Assembly: GCA_904063045.1 (NCBI GenBank) | Contig: CAJFCJ010000019.1 | Span: forward strand, 1,441,700-1,505,699 | Length of the DNA: 64,000 nt | Direction of reading: 5' to 3' | DNA from: Dimorphilus gyrociliatus | Lineage: Eukaryota; Animalia; Annelida | Part shown: positions 51,110 through 64,000 of the stretch, piece after piece | Numbering within the stretch: position 1 is the stretch's first letter | Layout: every line of letters begins with the position of its first letter | Notes under the pieces: model-generated | The model's input: only the letters and a program-made list of their open reading frames with translations | The model's database searches: none | Told to the model about the DNA's origin: nothing | Translations under genes and position numbers: made by a program

Positions 51110-52129
51110 TCATAAAGCCGTTGGTGGAACTAGTCCGTGTGTAGTCGAATGGGCGGCGGTGGGCGGCGGAAGGGGCCGTAAACCGGCGTACAAATCTGCA
51201 GTAAACGCCGGACGCGTTATTGTTGGAGATGTCTGTGTTGGTGGTGAGGCAGTCGTTTGAACATCAGGTGACAAGAGGCGTTCAACGGAGAAGGAAGATG
51301 GCGAAGAGACTGTCGGTCTAGGAGGTAAGTGTTGTTGTAATAAGGCGGCATGATAAGCTGCTGCCGCAGGATAAGAGGCTGCTACCGCAGCGGCTGCTGA
51401 GTAATAACGTAGAGTGGAAGAGGCGGCATGTAGAGGCCAAAAGCTAGGATGCGGAGGACCGACTAATGACCTGTGTCTCAACGCTGCTAAATGCCTTGCT
51501 CGGTGTGCAGCCGTAGATCTTCTCCTTAATTTTCCGGTTGTTCCTCCAATAAAAACATCATCTGCACTAGGATCTAACATCCAATAGTTTCCCTTTCCTG
51601 GGTCATCGTAGTGTCTAGGTACTTTGACGAAGCATTTGTTTAACGATAAATTATGTCTTATCGAGTTCTGCCAGCCTTGCTTATTGTCTTTGTAGTAAGG
51701 AAAATTTTTCATGATAAATTCGTATATACCGTTTAAGGTCAGTCGTTTCTCGGCTGAAGATCTTATTGCCATCATAATTAGAGCGTTGTATGAGAAAGGA
51801 GGTTTTTCTGGCTTTTTATTTTCTTCTTCCTTCTTATTATCTTCTTCTTTTGTATCCGTTTGTTCTGCAGATACCGGATCAATCGTCTCAACATCCAAGT
51901 CATCCTCTGCATCTCCCTCACTATCCGAAGAATTTACACGAAAATCAATCGGTCCTTCATTCTCCTCTTTACTAGAAGAAGATGGTGATCTTGTACTTGG
52001 TGGTGATATCTTTTGCCTCTCCTCTTCGTCTATAGATTCACCTACCAAATTCCGAATACTGAACGCTGTGTGTCTGCCGTCTCTCGTCATCTCTACTTGC
52101 ATGTACAAACAAGCGTCGAGTGTTGACAT
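51110..52129 (-). CDS. FOXG1: Forkhead box G (FoxG1/BF-1/sloppy-paired family), single exon
   Basis: [38 protein letters not shown]...[52 protein letters not shown] is diagnostic of FoxG. eh1 motif FSIRNLV near the N-terminus and eh1-like FSVERLL near the C-terminus. First in-frame ATG is at 52129 (the ORF track starts at a GTG). Confidence 0.97.
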   Translation of the reverse strand: MSTLDACLYMQVEMTRDGRHTAFSIRNLVGESIDEEERQKISPPSTRSPSSSSKEENEGPIDFRVNSSDSEGDAEDDLDVETIDPVSAEQTDTKEEDNKKEEENKKPEKPPFSYNALIMMAIRSSAEKRLTLNGIYEFIMKNFPYYKDNKQGWQNSIRHNLSLNKCFVKVPRHYDDPGKGNYWMLDPSADDVFIGGTTGKLRRRSTAAHRARHLAALRHRSLVGPPHPSFWPLHAASSTLRYYSAAAAVAASYPAAAAYHAALLQQHLPPRPTVSSPSSFSVERLLSPDVQTTASPPTQTSPTITRPAFTADLYAGLRPLPPPTAAHSTTHGLVPPTAL

Positions 52130-52187
52130 TGCAATGATGCTAAGCTCTTGAAAAGCGCCACCTGTCACTCATGTGCTAATACTAACT

Positions 52188-52255
52188 CGTAGCCAATCAG
52201 CGCTTTCGAGAAAATTTTTGGACCCGCCTCTAGGCGGTCTCTGCGGGAGGTGGCC
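52188..52255. promoter_or_regulatory. FoxG proximal promoter-like elements (CCAAT box, GC-rich boxes)
   Basis: agccaatcag at about 52191-52200 and GC-rich gacccgcctc / gcgggaggtgg just upstream of the FoxG ATG. Confidence 0.4.
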
Positions 52256-53104
52256 TGTAAGAGAAAATAGAATGAAACTAAGCGAGAGCTAATTGAAATA
52301 GCTCTGAACAAGGAAGAGTAGCTATCTCTTTCCAAAACGGCTCTGTCAGATTGTTTAAGAGTGCGAAGAAGAGACGCCGCGGGCGTTTAGGGTGCTGACA
52401 CCGAGTCGCTCGAGACGCTCTCCCGCATTGTATAAATGTATTCGAATGTCGCCTTTGCTAATGACTACTTGTTGCTACAACAGACCAGCTGAGACTTAAC
52501 TGCGCCCTATAATATTCTAACACGCCGTTTATAAACTTTACAAAGCATAGAACAATGTGGCTTTTCAGCGTATATTTATGTCCCGCAACGCCTACTGGAG
52601 AATATGTTTTTGAACTTTTACGAACTTCCTATAAAACTTTGATATAACCTACATACACAAAAAACATATACAACGTATAATCACAAAATTGGTATAAATC
52701 GAGCGCTTAACGAATGTATTGTATTGGACAGCATGAATTCACGCTGAGATGCTACATAGTGTATAGGTGATTCGACACGGAGAGACGCTCGAAGAGAAAA
52801 AGGACGGTATTTGAGTTAATCCTCTCAACTATCTACCCATTGAGAAGAAGTATACGAATGAAAGTCAAATTCGAGCGATTGTTTTCTTTTCGGCTTTGTT
52901 TATTCCCTGTTATTATGAATTGGAACACCCTTATTTATCTATATGCGCGCGTTTAAGTTTATATAAGCTGAAGGAATCGCCTAGTTGACTTTCTCTTTTA
53001 ACGAGACTTTTCCATATTACTTTGAAACTATTGTTCATATGATACAGTCATTTATATAATTATATATTGTGATATAATAAACCCTTTATACATGAGTATT
53101 GTGT

Positions 53105-53180
53105 TCTGTATATATATATATATATTGTACACTATATATATATACTTTATATATGTATATATATATATATATATATATTT
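53105..53180. repeat. (TA)n microsatellite
   Basis: tgtatatatatatatatattg...atatatatatatatatattt read directly. Confidence 0.85.
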
Positions 53181-56100
53181 AAAAGTGCGACAAATGAAAA
53201 TGAGAAAAGAAAGAAAGAGCGAGAGAGAATGAGAGGAGGATATTGATGAAAAAGCTTTAATATTATCTTCTTCTCATTCTTATTTAGATTGTTTAATTCA
53301 ATTAAATTAAAAGTTTTTAATTGAAAACAGGTTTCTTTTTACTATAGATTCTCTTAAAAGAAAAGAGATGGTCCTTGATCATATATACAATATAGATATA
53401 GATATATATAGACAAATTCTGTGTTATACACATATAGTCCCATTATATAGATATAAGTGATGTCTAGCAGATAATATTAAGGATACAACACGGACAAACG
53501 ACACGCATGCGTTAACTCAATGGAAACATGAAACAACGAGAGGAAATTGAAAAAGCCATCATGCTCTATTTATACAATAATGGTAAACGATACATCATGA
53601 CTTGATTACCTTATTGCTGTACATGAGTATAAAATCCATAGAGGCTGTCTATACAAAATATGTATTTGTAAATGTTTAATGATAGTAAAAATGAAATTGG
53701 CAAATTGTCCCAGATCGAGCATATATATACTTTATGCTTGCTCGAATAACAAACCGTGTAAAAAGATGGCGTTCAAGAATGTTTGATCACTAGCCAAAGG
53801 CGCCAAACTATTGTATATGAACAATTAGTGGTATAGCGCATTGAAGTCGCCGTCTTACTCTCGTCTGGAAACTTTAGAACGGCTACATCTGTTAAATGAA
53901 CTTAAAACTCTTTAATATATAGTACTTTGACAGTTTACCTTGTATGTGTATGCGTCTAGTGAATGCACCTCTTTTACGCGTCGATGAGCTTTTCCGTATA
54001 ATGTGCGTGCACGTATATACACCGCGCCCATCCAATATATGCTCTACACGCAATAAATAAGAAGAGAATATCCTATTTTAAATACGGTAATCACTTCGCA
54101 CCCCTGATAGATCGACCGATACAGCTGACGTCGTCCTCGAGTCATATGTTCGATATAGAACTTTCCACATTCATGCACGTCGAGCACGCATGCAACTCAG
54201 CCCCGAGCAAACCGTCTACAGGCTAATTCAAGCAAGAGATAAGCATCGAGCGTCGCAACTATTTTTGGACAATCGGCATCTGTCGGACGTCACCGGCGTT
54301 TCCATTCAGCCGTCACCTTCGGACGGGTCAAAGGTCATAGTTAGCGGGTCGACCTGTAAATCCCGCCCACTTTTATGACTACTAAAGACGTTATCTTGTT
54401 TACCGTTGACCTCGTTAACTAACGTCGGACCATCGGTGGCGAAAGGTCGTGACCGCCCGTGGACATGTTTGTAGTAAGGAAATACAATATTTGCTTTAGC
54501 GGCCAATCGAGAAAATATAACATTTCGCTTATCGGTAGTGCATCTGCAGAGAACAGCGTAAAAAATAAACAGGTGCCTCACCGTTCTGTCTGTTCTTCTC
54601 CTCATAAGCCGACCTAGCGGGGTTTCCGTACATTGGCGTCGAATTTCGGCCCGCCTATAGTGCTTCTACATTTACCGCATTAAAGCCAACTATGGCGCCG
54701 AATCCGACTGTTATGCATTTTTTATAATGTATATGGATGCGACGCCGTTCCGGTCTGACTCTGTGGGGGGTAAACGGGAGCGAAGTATTTTTTCCTTCTT
54801 GTTTTCTTTTTTTTCTTTTTCTTTTAATATCAGAAATCTGAAAGAGATTTGGCATTTTACAGACATGCAACCGTTTATTGACAAACGAACTCTGAGGACT
54901 TAAGTTTAGGCGATAGCAATCTAATTAATTTCGGGGCGGGCCAATTACATTCCAAAGCAGATATAGGGAAGAGCGTTTATTTTAGCTAGCCTGTCAGCGT
55001 AATGAGAGCTTAATAGAGTTCTATGGTCTGGTTCTTGTCGGAGGTGAAAATCGGCGAAATGTTTTGTTTGTCCGTCTGTTCTTTTGCGTATTTGACAAAC
55101 AGCCGGTGCCGCCTGCGTAAACATTTGCTTTCTTCTTCCGCGGTATATATACAAATTAACGAGGATCGCGAAGGAGAAAACACTTTGAATGCTATTCGAA
55201 GAAAAAAAAAGTAAAAAAGAGAGAAATTTTTGGAAAAGAAAAGGCAAATGAGGGTAAAATGCGGATAAAAAAAACTGTTAGGCAAAAACATCTGTATCTC
55301 GCGCTGTTTACACTCAACTGAACACGCTTGCCAATAAGATTGAGATGAGGCATTGCAAAAACTCTGATGTAACTTTGTGTATTTACCAACTGTCAGCGTC
55401 ACATGCTACACGCCTAATTATTCGCTGTATAGAATCTCCGTTACATGTTTTATATCATGTATAAATTTGCACGCATATTCTAGTCGGAGAATGCGCAGTC
55501 ATGGAGTGTGATCTCGGTCGAGTGCAAAAGAACAGGCGCTCGTTAATTATGTTTTAATTACATACAGATCGTTGAAGAAGCTTTCCTTTTCCGTCGTTCA
55601 AAGGGGAACGATGCAGAAAATTGTAGAGGGGGCGTCTACGCGTACTCGATAGATTTCCGAGTGCGAACGAACTTTGTTCGACGGTCTGTCATCAGCTTTT
55701 AGCGATTATTACGCTTTTTATGCGGTAAAGATTCTTATCGGAAGAACCGAGTATCAAATTTTTAATGTTTTTATATGAACAACTGACACAAGACTGGAAA
55801 AAGAACGCTGCGAGTAATTATGGTGCTTCTTCTCTAATTGCATGCTGATTGTTCGTTTCTGATTATAGAAAAGTAATCGAGAAGGAGAGACGTTCGTGCA
55901 TGCAGCTGCTTCTTCTATACTAGTAAAAAAAAGGGTACACATTTAAAGCTTATATATTTCGTATTACATTGCTCTCTTTCTCCTTTCTTCTTTTTTGTTC
56001 CAAATATATTTTCGAATAGATTGTATATGCAGAGTGCGTTTATGGATATATGACCTACTTATTGGAGCGTCTATTGCGAGCGCGTGTGCACGTTCAACAC

Positions 56101-58334
56101 GCGCTCGAATGAAGCCAATCTGAAACCGCGTGCTGATTCCTTGGTGATGCCGCCGTCACCAGCTGCGACGTCAAACGTCTTTCTAGGGAAGAAGTAGGTA
56201 CATATGCATATATAAAAAAAATCAAATTAGTGGGAGGACATTAGCGGCAAAAAATGAAAATGGAAACTTATACATCCTGTATCAGGTCAAAGGTGAAAGG
56301 TGACAGGTAGTTACACAATGCGCAACGCATCAGAAGATGACCAGCGTTCTTCTTGGCACGTCCTCCGGCCGCTCGGTGCATTATTACACGCTGCTTTGTC
56401 TATAAACGCACGTCGGCCTCATTAGCAACGCGTAACATTTCCACGTCGTTTTAAATGCCGACGGCGTCTACTACGTGCGCTAAGAGAGACGCTGAATTGT
56501 CGGTAAACCGTAGACGCGTGATTGAACTAGCCGCTGGTCAGCAACAATCGACGTGCCGGGATTAGCTCGATATTCTATATAAATATTGGCGGCTAGCGAA
56601 TTACGCATCGAACGGTGTGTATACAATTATAAGTGGGTGTGGCATTGCTGGTTGTAGTCAATATTTTGTGTGTATATTCAATAAAAATTTTTTTCAATTT
56701 ATCACCAAAGAGACAGCACGGATGAGGGAACGGAAGGCATGACGTCCTCAACAGAAATAATCACGTTCCACCGAAAAATATTTTTACGTTTTGTTTGCAA
56801 CGCGTACCGTCTAGCCGCTAGAAAGAGACAATAAAAAGCGAAATTGATTGAACTAATTTGTCTTTGAAGAGCCGCCGATTTACGAAGGTAATCCGTCGTC
56901 ATAACGCGCCATCGGCCATCAAAGCGACAAAAACGGCGTCGGCTAATCGAAGCAGACCAGACGTGACTGTAAAATCGGTTTGCAGTGGCACGCTTTACCT
57001 TACGTCATACCGCAGTAAAAGTATTGTTTTCCGCGACACGCCCGTATTGTTTGCTGCCAAAGACAAACGGCTTGTGATTAGTGACTAGACAATGTCGAAT
57101 GCCCGTGGGTTAGGGTGGTGCCTCCCTTTTTCAACTGTATAGTTGCAATCGAGCGATTGCCTTAATTATCCTATAATCTATATATGTATATAAGGCATAC
57201 CCGACACAGCAAGTGTGTATAAAGAATTAATGAATATGTATACATTGTTTAGTAAGCCTATTATATGTTTAGTTTATTTTTAGAATCAAGTACTGGAAAA
57301 CTGCTTATTACGTTATACCGCTGAAATAATATATTAAAATCGGAATTGCCTTTATATGAAACATGAGAAACCTTTCGAAATGCCTAACTACTTCCCTTCA
57401 TTTAAGTAAGAGACGGGTGATGTTAGCTTTATACGCAAACCTAAGACTACAAATTAAAAGCACTTCTTTTGTTAATTTGTATATACATTTTGTGTTATAT
57501 ACCATATATATAGAGAGACGCCTGTAAATTTGATAGAGAAGAAACGTTTTATATGAAAAATTGAACGTGCCCTACGACAAAAGACGGCCGGGCGACACCA
57601 AGTACGAATTTGTCTGATGACGTCTCAACTAAAATGTCGCGTCGTATGAACTTGGTTAGTGTAACGTGATTAATAGGCAACCGCAAAAAAAGGAAAAAAA
57701 TCTTTTTTTAACGAACCTCTCTCCATCGCCCACACCTCCTACCCCCCACGGCGTCCAAAATGCAAATCAAACGATTGAGCCGACGACATTTGGTATAGCG
57801 GTAAAAGCGAAATCGAATAGCCCGACTTAAAATCGATAGTGTTTGCTACAGTTAACGAAAACGGCTTACTCTCTCCTATCTGTCACCATCTCGTTGTTGT
57901 CCCGAAATCTTAAACGCCTTGCAAGTACCTTAAGGGCGTAGCTGATTTCGGTAGGGGGGGTAAGAGTTCGCGACCTATCCTGCCGAACGACGCTCACGCG
58001 CATCCAATAATTACCGTTAAAAAATCCCCCATTACATAATTGTTAATTGGGGGGAAATTTTATGAGCGACGTCTATTAAATTTGCTAGAAAGAAGGAAAT
58101 GAAATAAGTATGGTAAGTGTATGGAAATTATAGAATAGTAACAAGACCAAGGAGATTAAAATCGAATATGTTAAAGAATGTTTTCGCTTGTTACTTCGAT
58201 CAAATTTTCAATATAGCCCCGTAATTATTTCGTTCGCCTATTTTCTATTCTGACACAGTTTAAAATGTTCTTAAAACTTAAATTGCCACCTTTAGCGACA
58301 TGAAGAACGAGAGGATTTAAAGGCAAGGTGATAA

Positions 58335-60650
58335 TTAAAACAACACTGAAGCATTCTTCCGTCCCTGCAAATGTTCCAATACACTGCGCTTTTCTTTAGG
58401 AGAAAATTCTAATATAGTCGCTATAGCATTCAACATGCGTTGGCGCGTCTCTAAGTCATTCCTTATCATGTACTGATATACAATGTTCTTCAAGTATTCT
58501 AAATTGGCTGATTCCCTCGAACGATTTCGTTCTAGTCGCCGAATCTCGTCCTTGAGCATCTGAACTTGTTCGTCGCATTGCGAACGTTCGAAAGCTTGTT
58601 GCTGCTGTAGTTGGCGAGCGGACGACTCTAAAGAGTTTTTGGTTTTCCTAAGTTGAGCAATTTCAATATCCTTGCGGGCTTGCTCATGGGAGAAGTGGAG
58701 CAGTTGTTTGTCGCCCGTCGAAGTCAAAAGTGCCGATAAAGTACTATCTGTATCCTCTTGTTTGTCGAGGTCATCAAGAGATTGTGGTAAGAACGCAGTT
58801 GGTGCTTGTGAATGTGTACTTCTGTAAGTATCTAACTCCCGTTCTTTTTCGGCAAGGAGTGACACGGTTCGCTCGCGATGTCGCTTTATTTCAAATTGTA
58901 ATTCTGCTAATTTGTGTGCGTGTTCGGCTTCTATAATACACTTTTCCCTTTCCGACTTTTCCGCCTGAACACTCAAACTTTTTCGAAGTTCTTCGATGGT
59001 TATCTTATGTTCGTCCTTTTGAGTTTCTAACGAATCCCGTAAGCATTTCACCCGCTTCCGTTGTTCCGTTAATTGATTTCGTAAAGTTTCCACTTCTTTG
59101 TTAACGCTTCCGTCCTTAGCATCCTGCCACTTATTCTTTAACACGCTTTGCGCTCTTAATTTATACCGCTCGAATTCTTCTTTCAAACCATCGTATTCTT
59201 CACGACATTTCTTGTGTATCGTCTCTTCATCGTTTATATTGTAAGAATCTTCTCGAAAAGGAAGTAAAGCTGAAACGAAGAAAAAGGAAAGCGTTTCATC
59301 AGCAAAATTTTAAATGTCTTTATTAAGTTAGATGGCGCGACCTACTGGATAAATTGACTGGCTTTTCACTCCTCTCATTTGCCTTTTTTAACAAACTCTG
59401 TAATTTAAATATTTTATTAATAACTCCTTGAACGTCTAGATTTGCGTCGTCGCTCTCCTCCTTATCCTCATCATTATGTCCCGCCGCTTTCGCCAGAACT
59501 GTATTTTCACTATCCAACTGCGTCACTCTCTCCTTCAGCCTCAATATATTTTCTTGGTCCTCAGTTCTATTCTTTTCATATGTTCCAACCACTTCCGATA
59601 ATTCCGCTAAACGACATTCTAAAGTGGCCACTCGCTGTTCGTTCTGTTCAGCCAGAACGGTCGCCCGATTTTCGGCTTGTTTGGTTTTCTTTTGTTCGGC
59701 TGTTAGGGCTACCTGGTGAGCGGCTTTCATATCTAACATTTGCCTCTGTAGTTCCAATAATAACGGCGGTGGTTTTGAAGCCGATTCTTCCGCCGCCGCC
59801 AGCCGTTTCCGAACAATATTTAATTCTTCACTTAGTTCATTTACTTTCTTTTCATATTGACCAACTTCTATCGAGCAAGGTTTTGGAACTTGTTTAAATT
59901 CTTCAGCTAGCGATTCGGCCATTTCTCGGTTATGTCTTTCTTCCCCTAATAGCTTTTGCAGTTCTTTCAATTGCATGGCGTAATTAGAATGTTCTTTCTC
60001 CCTTTCGTGCTGTTCGATTATAAGCAGTCCTTTCCACTAATAGGGAAAATAAGTGGAATATATTTTTAAATTAGCTAATATATTAAAAAGTAGGCGAACC
60101 TCTTGAGATTTTTCTTCTATTTCGCGAAACTTTCTTTTCAGTTCCTGTAATTCCGTCTCTAATGCTATAATCGCTGTTTCGTGTTCTGACTAGATAATAA
60201 AGAGATTTTTGGTAAAACAAGTTAATTGAAGGTTTTAGCTTTCAGATACCTTTAGAATTTTTTTCTCCGCCTGATAATTGCTTGCCATCTTAGTTTTCTC
60301 TTCGGTCACAGTAGATAATGACAATGTTAATGTTTTAATTTGCTTACGGAGAGTTTCTTCTTCAGATTCCTCCTTATTCTTTGCTTCATTGCTTTCACAT
60401 TCATCTTCACCACTTTTCTGGGTGGGCTCCGCTTTTCCTGCTGATAGAGCTTTAACACTAGCTTCAAGTGCTTCTTTTTCTTTTAATAAGCCTTTGTACG
60501 CTCTGACGAGATCTGAAAGCGTCAAATTTTAAGGACTTTTATTAAATTTTAAAAGCAATAAAGACCTCCAAGTTTGGATCCATATTTAGCTAATTGTTCC
60601 CTTTGAGATTCTATAGTGGTCAATAGTTCACTTCTAGATGACCTATCCAT
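58335..60650 (-). CDS. GCC1: GRIP and coiled-coil domain-containing protein 1 (GCC88)
   Basis: MDRSSRSELLTTIESQREQLAKYGSKLG|DLVRAYKGLLKEKEALEAS matches the GCC1 N-terminus; long coiled coil; C-terminal GRIP domain ANLEYLKNIVYQY...LNAIATILEFSPKE. Confidence 0.93.
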
Positions 60651-61122
60651 ATTTATCTCTTCTAGTAATTCCTTCAATATTTGATTATGAACCAATAAGA
60701 TCACTAAAGTATTCCATTGTTAATTTATTAAACACTAATAAAAAAACTCATGTCAGACCATGTAAAATGACTTGGGCTCAACGTCAGCTATTTATTTTGA
60801 CTTGAGGTCAAGGCTTTTGCAGTAACTAATCTGGTTTTGATTCCCGCCCATTTTTGCGCTAGAATTAATAGAGGTGGACATATAGGGGCAATATCGAACT
60901 TACGAATGTCAAGGTCATAAGCCATAGAAACAAGTTTCAGCACGATGTTTTTTGCTACTTTTCTGTAAAATCAAATGCATTTTTCACTTTTTTAAATATA
61001 TTGTTGTGTTAAAAGATTGGAAACATATTTTACTGGGATTTTTATGCACACACATAATTAGACTCCAAAACAATTCTCTCTTTGATTTTGTGCAGATGAT
61101 GACTTGAGGATAATCTATCAAC

Positions 61123-64000
61123 ATGTCTCTAAATATATATAGGGATAGAGGTAATAGTTCTTACACAAATATTAAATAATACTCTACTATTTATGCAATA
61201 ATTTTAGCAAGAGAACAAGCCGGTGTTCGGTACATAACTGAGGATCTAATTAAAAAAGTTTCTGGTCATGAACACCTAAGTACAATAGTCTCATTAAATC
61301 TATGCGTTTCTAAAAAAGGAGGGAAAAAAATCAGAGTAAGTGCCTTTGTTTCAAAAAAAAAGCAAAAATTTATTGAGATATCGTAAAAAAATGCATTTTT
61401 CTTTTTAACAGTTTATTGAGGGTCTTGAGGGATTAAAAAATATCCAGTCACTAAATCTGAGCTATAACGCTATTGAGAATATTGAACGCTTGGGGAAATT
61501 AAGTAACCTGAGAGAGTTGAATTTATCGTACAATAATATCTCAAGCATTCAAAATTTGGAAAGTCTCTTACAATTACAGATTCTAAATTTGGCTGGTAAC
61601 AATATACAAGTTATACCGAATTCCTTAACAAAGAAACAGAAATATTTAACATCAATTAACCTCAGCGAAAATAGAATAAATTCGGTAAAGTGGAAATAAC
61701 CTTCTTTCCTATTTCACAATTAATGTTTTAATGATAACTAACAGTTATGTTTGTATACAGATTGATGAATTTATTAAATTAAGAGCTCTTACTCATCTAA
61801 CTGATTTAAGCGCTGAAGAGAATCCTTGCTCAACTTTACCCCACTTTAAACTTTTATTAATCTTTCATCTTAGAACGCTAAATACAATTGACGAAATAGA
61901 CATAACGAATTCTGATCGAGAAAATGCTCAAAAGAGATTTTCTCTTGATGAATTGCGTAGAGCAGAATTGGAAATAGAAAAATTAGCAAACGAAAATCGT
62001 GCCTTACAAGAGATGAGGGAACAAAATGAAAAAATTATACAGCAGCAAAAGAATAAAGAAACGTCACTAAACGATGAAATTAGGCAATTAAGAAAGAACC
62101 TTTCCCGTTTAGAAAGAGAAACAAATGACAAAGAAACAGCGGTATGCAGCGAAAAAATTATTCATCCCAGCTCATTTAAACATACCATTCTCTATTTGTC
62201 TTTGTATAGATTAAGAAAAAAAATGCGGAAATAGCAAAAGCTGCTGAGAAACACTATGAATTAGAGCAAGAAGTAGCTTTTTATAAAATTGATCACAAGT
62301 TTGGAGTTTTAGGAAGAGTATCACCAGTTCCACATTATTCAACTGTAAGCCTAGAGAAACAATGTTTAATTAGTATTTAATGTGTTTTTTATACTATTTT
62401 TTTTAAGGATGAAAATGATACATTTGGAGAATCACCCTATCTAGGTAAAGGTCGATTCAAACAAGGTGAAAGGCACATTTTCAGAAGACCCGGTGATGAA
62501 GAATATGTGGATCCTGATGAACTTCAACGAATGCAAGATGAATTAGATAAACAATTGGCCGAAAAAAATGAAGCCATTGAGAAAGGTTAGTTTTTATACG
62601 ATTTTTTTTTTAATTCGATATTAATTCATCGAGGCTATTAAACATTGCTCAATGTAAACGTTTGCCTCACCAGCGATTTAGGCACGTGAGTAGTCACGTG
62701 ATAACATTACTTTTACCTTTGTTAGCTCAATTGCGTTTGCAACAACTGAATGACCAGCTGTACCAAACTGAACATAGAATAGCCAAGGCCACCTCTGAAC
62801 TAGATAATTTAGCTCAAGAGCAGAAAGCAGCTCACGAGGACCGGAAAGAGAAAGAAGTTATAAGGAACAAGCTTGCCAAAAAGATTGAAAAAGTTCGAAA
62901 ATTAAAAAAGGAAGCTGAAAAAATAGAAAAAGAGATGAAGAATACTGAGCAAGATCTTGGAGAACAGGAGAAAGACCTATTTGATATTAAAGGCAGACTG
63001 TCTCGCATGAGCTCAAGAGACTCTTTATACGTAAGTATATGGTTCTATTTATACAGTATATATGTATTTGAGAATTGCAGTACATATCTTTTAAAACTAA
63101 ATCTTAATATTCTAACAGAATGGCCTAAGGAAAGAAATGGTTGATAAACAGCAGCAACTAGAGATGACCTCAGACGAGTATGAACAGCTGCGAAATCAAT
63201 TAGAGCAAATGTTAATGATGATTGCACGTGAAACGGCGGAGATTCGCAGATTAGAGCACGAACTGAGAGATGCATGGATCTCTCAAAACGAGGAAGTTAA
63301 AGACGAATTGAATTCAGTTATCGAAGGCCTTCAAAGTTATTTAGGAAACGTTAAAAATGAACGCGCGAAAGAGCAGGAGGAACGACGGGAACTAATTCGA
63401 GATCGCGAACAATTGAAAAGAGAATTAGAAGTGGTACACGAACAAGTAGAAAAAGGAACTTCTGCGGAGAGAATACTAAAAAGAAAAGTAGATCAACTGC
63501 ACGACCAGTTAAGTACAACACAGCGAAATTTATCTGAAGCTGTCGACAAACATCGCAGGCAAACATCAGATGCTTCTGCCCAAATGCAAAAGCAGCTGGA
63601 AGTCGAAAGACAAGCCTTGAGAAAAGAAATGGAAACCAAGCAAAAAGAGAGCGATCTCTATGAACAAGAGATGCAACAGCAATTAGACGCACTTAGAAAG
63701 CATTTTAATGTATGTTTACAATTTAATCCCAATTAACTTGTATTAATTCTAGAAACCTTTCTATTCTATAGGACGAAAGGGGAAAGTATGAACAAGAGCT
63801 AAAACGCCGCGTAGATCAAAACGCTAAACGAGAAAATGAGATCGAATCAGATTTAAACAATTTACAAAACACAATAGAACATTTAAAGAAACAAATTGAA
63901 AGCGAAAGAAATCTCTTTCACTCTCAACTTCAGGAACTGTCGGCTTTAAATGAAGATAGAAATGCCGATGAAGAGGCTCTAAGGAATAAATTTGCTAAAT
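61123..64000 (+). CDS. CNTRL: Centriolin (CEP110), 5' portion; truncated by the window end
   Basis: GVRYITEDLIKK...SLNLCVSKKGGKKIR|FIEGLE, SDS22-type LRRs (LRELNLSYNNISSIQNLE, LQILNLAGNNI), LRR cap YELEQEVAFYKIDHKF, GESPYLGKGRF, then a long coiled coil that is still open at 64000. Confidence 0.9.

Noticed and set aside
47937-57088. Scattered 60-130 aa ORFs flanking FoxG
   Set aside because: Compositionally biased, often non-ATG starts, no splice-consistent models or domain motifs; interpreted as non-coding.
1-64000. Conserved bilaterian miRNAs, rRNA, CRISPR arrays, transposons
   Set aside because: None recognised by eye. An Rfam/miRBase/RepeatMasker search would be needed to exclude them formally.

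Overview
Eukaryotic (metazoan) genomic DNA from an AT-rich, very compact genome. There are about 17 protein-coding genes in 64 kb, with mostly 48-70 bp GT-AG introns. This fits a miniaturised invertebrate genome (an annelid such as Dimorphilus is a guess, not established). The supplied ORF track is fragmented by introns and uses non-ATG starts, so I rebuilt gene models by hand from splice sites and reading frames; boundaries are manual and unvalidated. Gene order: thrombospondin with a large EGF expansion (-), ionotropic glutamate-receptor-family subunit (-), EXOG (+), CCS (-), TM2D3 (+), divergent ADAM10-like (+), V-ATPase subunit a (-), CFDP1 (+), SURF1 (-), XPO5 (+), orphan cell-cycle-like protein (-), secreted TGF-beta prodomain-only protein (+), GSTZ1 (-), POMT2 (+) with an intronless antisense 7TM gene in one intron, FoxG (-) in a 3.7 kb + 6.1 kb gene-free block, GCC1 (-), and the 5' part of centriolin (+). 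Best leads: (1) a 237-aa secreted TGF-beta-family prodomain with no growth-factor domain; (2) an iGluR with an EF-hand-like Ca2+ loop in the cytosolic M1-M2 linker, Glu at the Q/R/N site and a non-glutamate-type pocket; (3) a degenerate GPCR nested in POMT2; (4) frame-enforced mutually exclusive exons in V-ATPase a; (5) a thrombospondin with 16 tandem EGF1-type repeats in one exon; (6) head-to-head GSTZ1-POMT2 as in human, next to FoxG. No tRNA, rRNA, CRISPR array or clear transposon was found.
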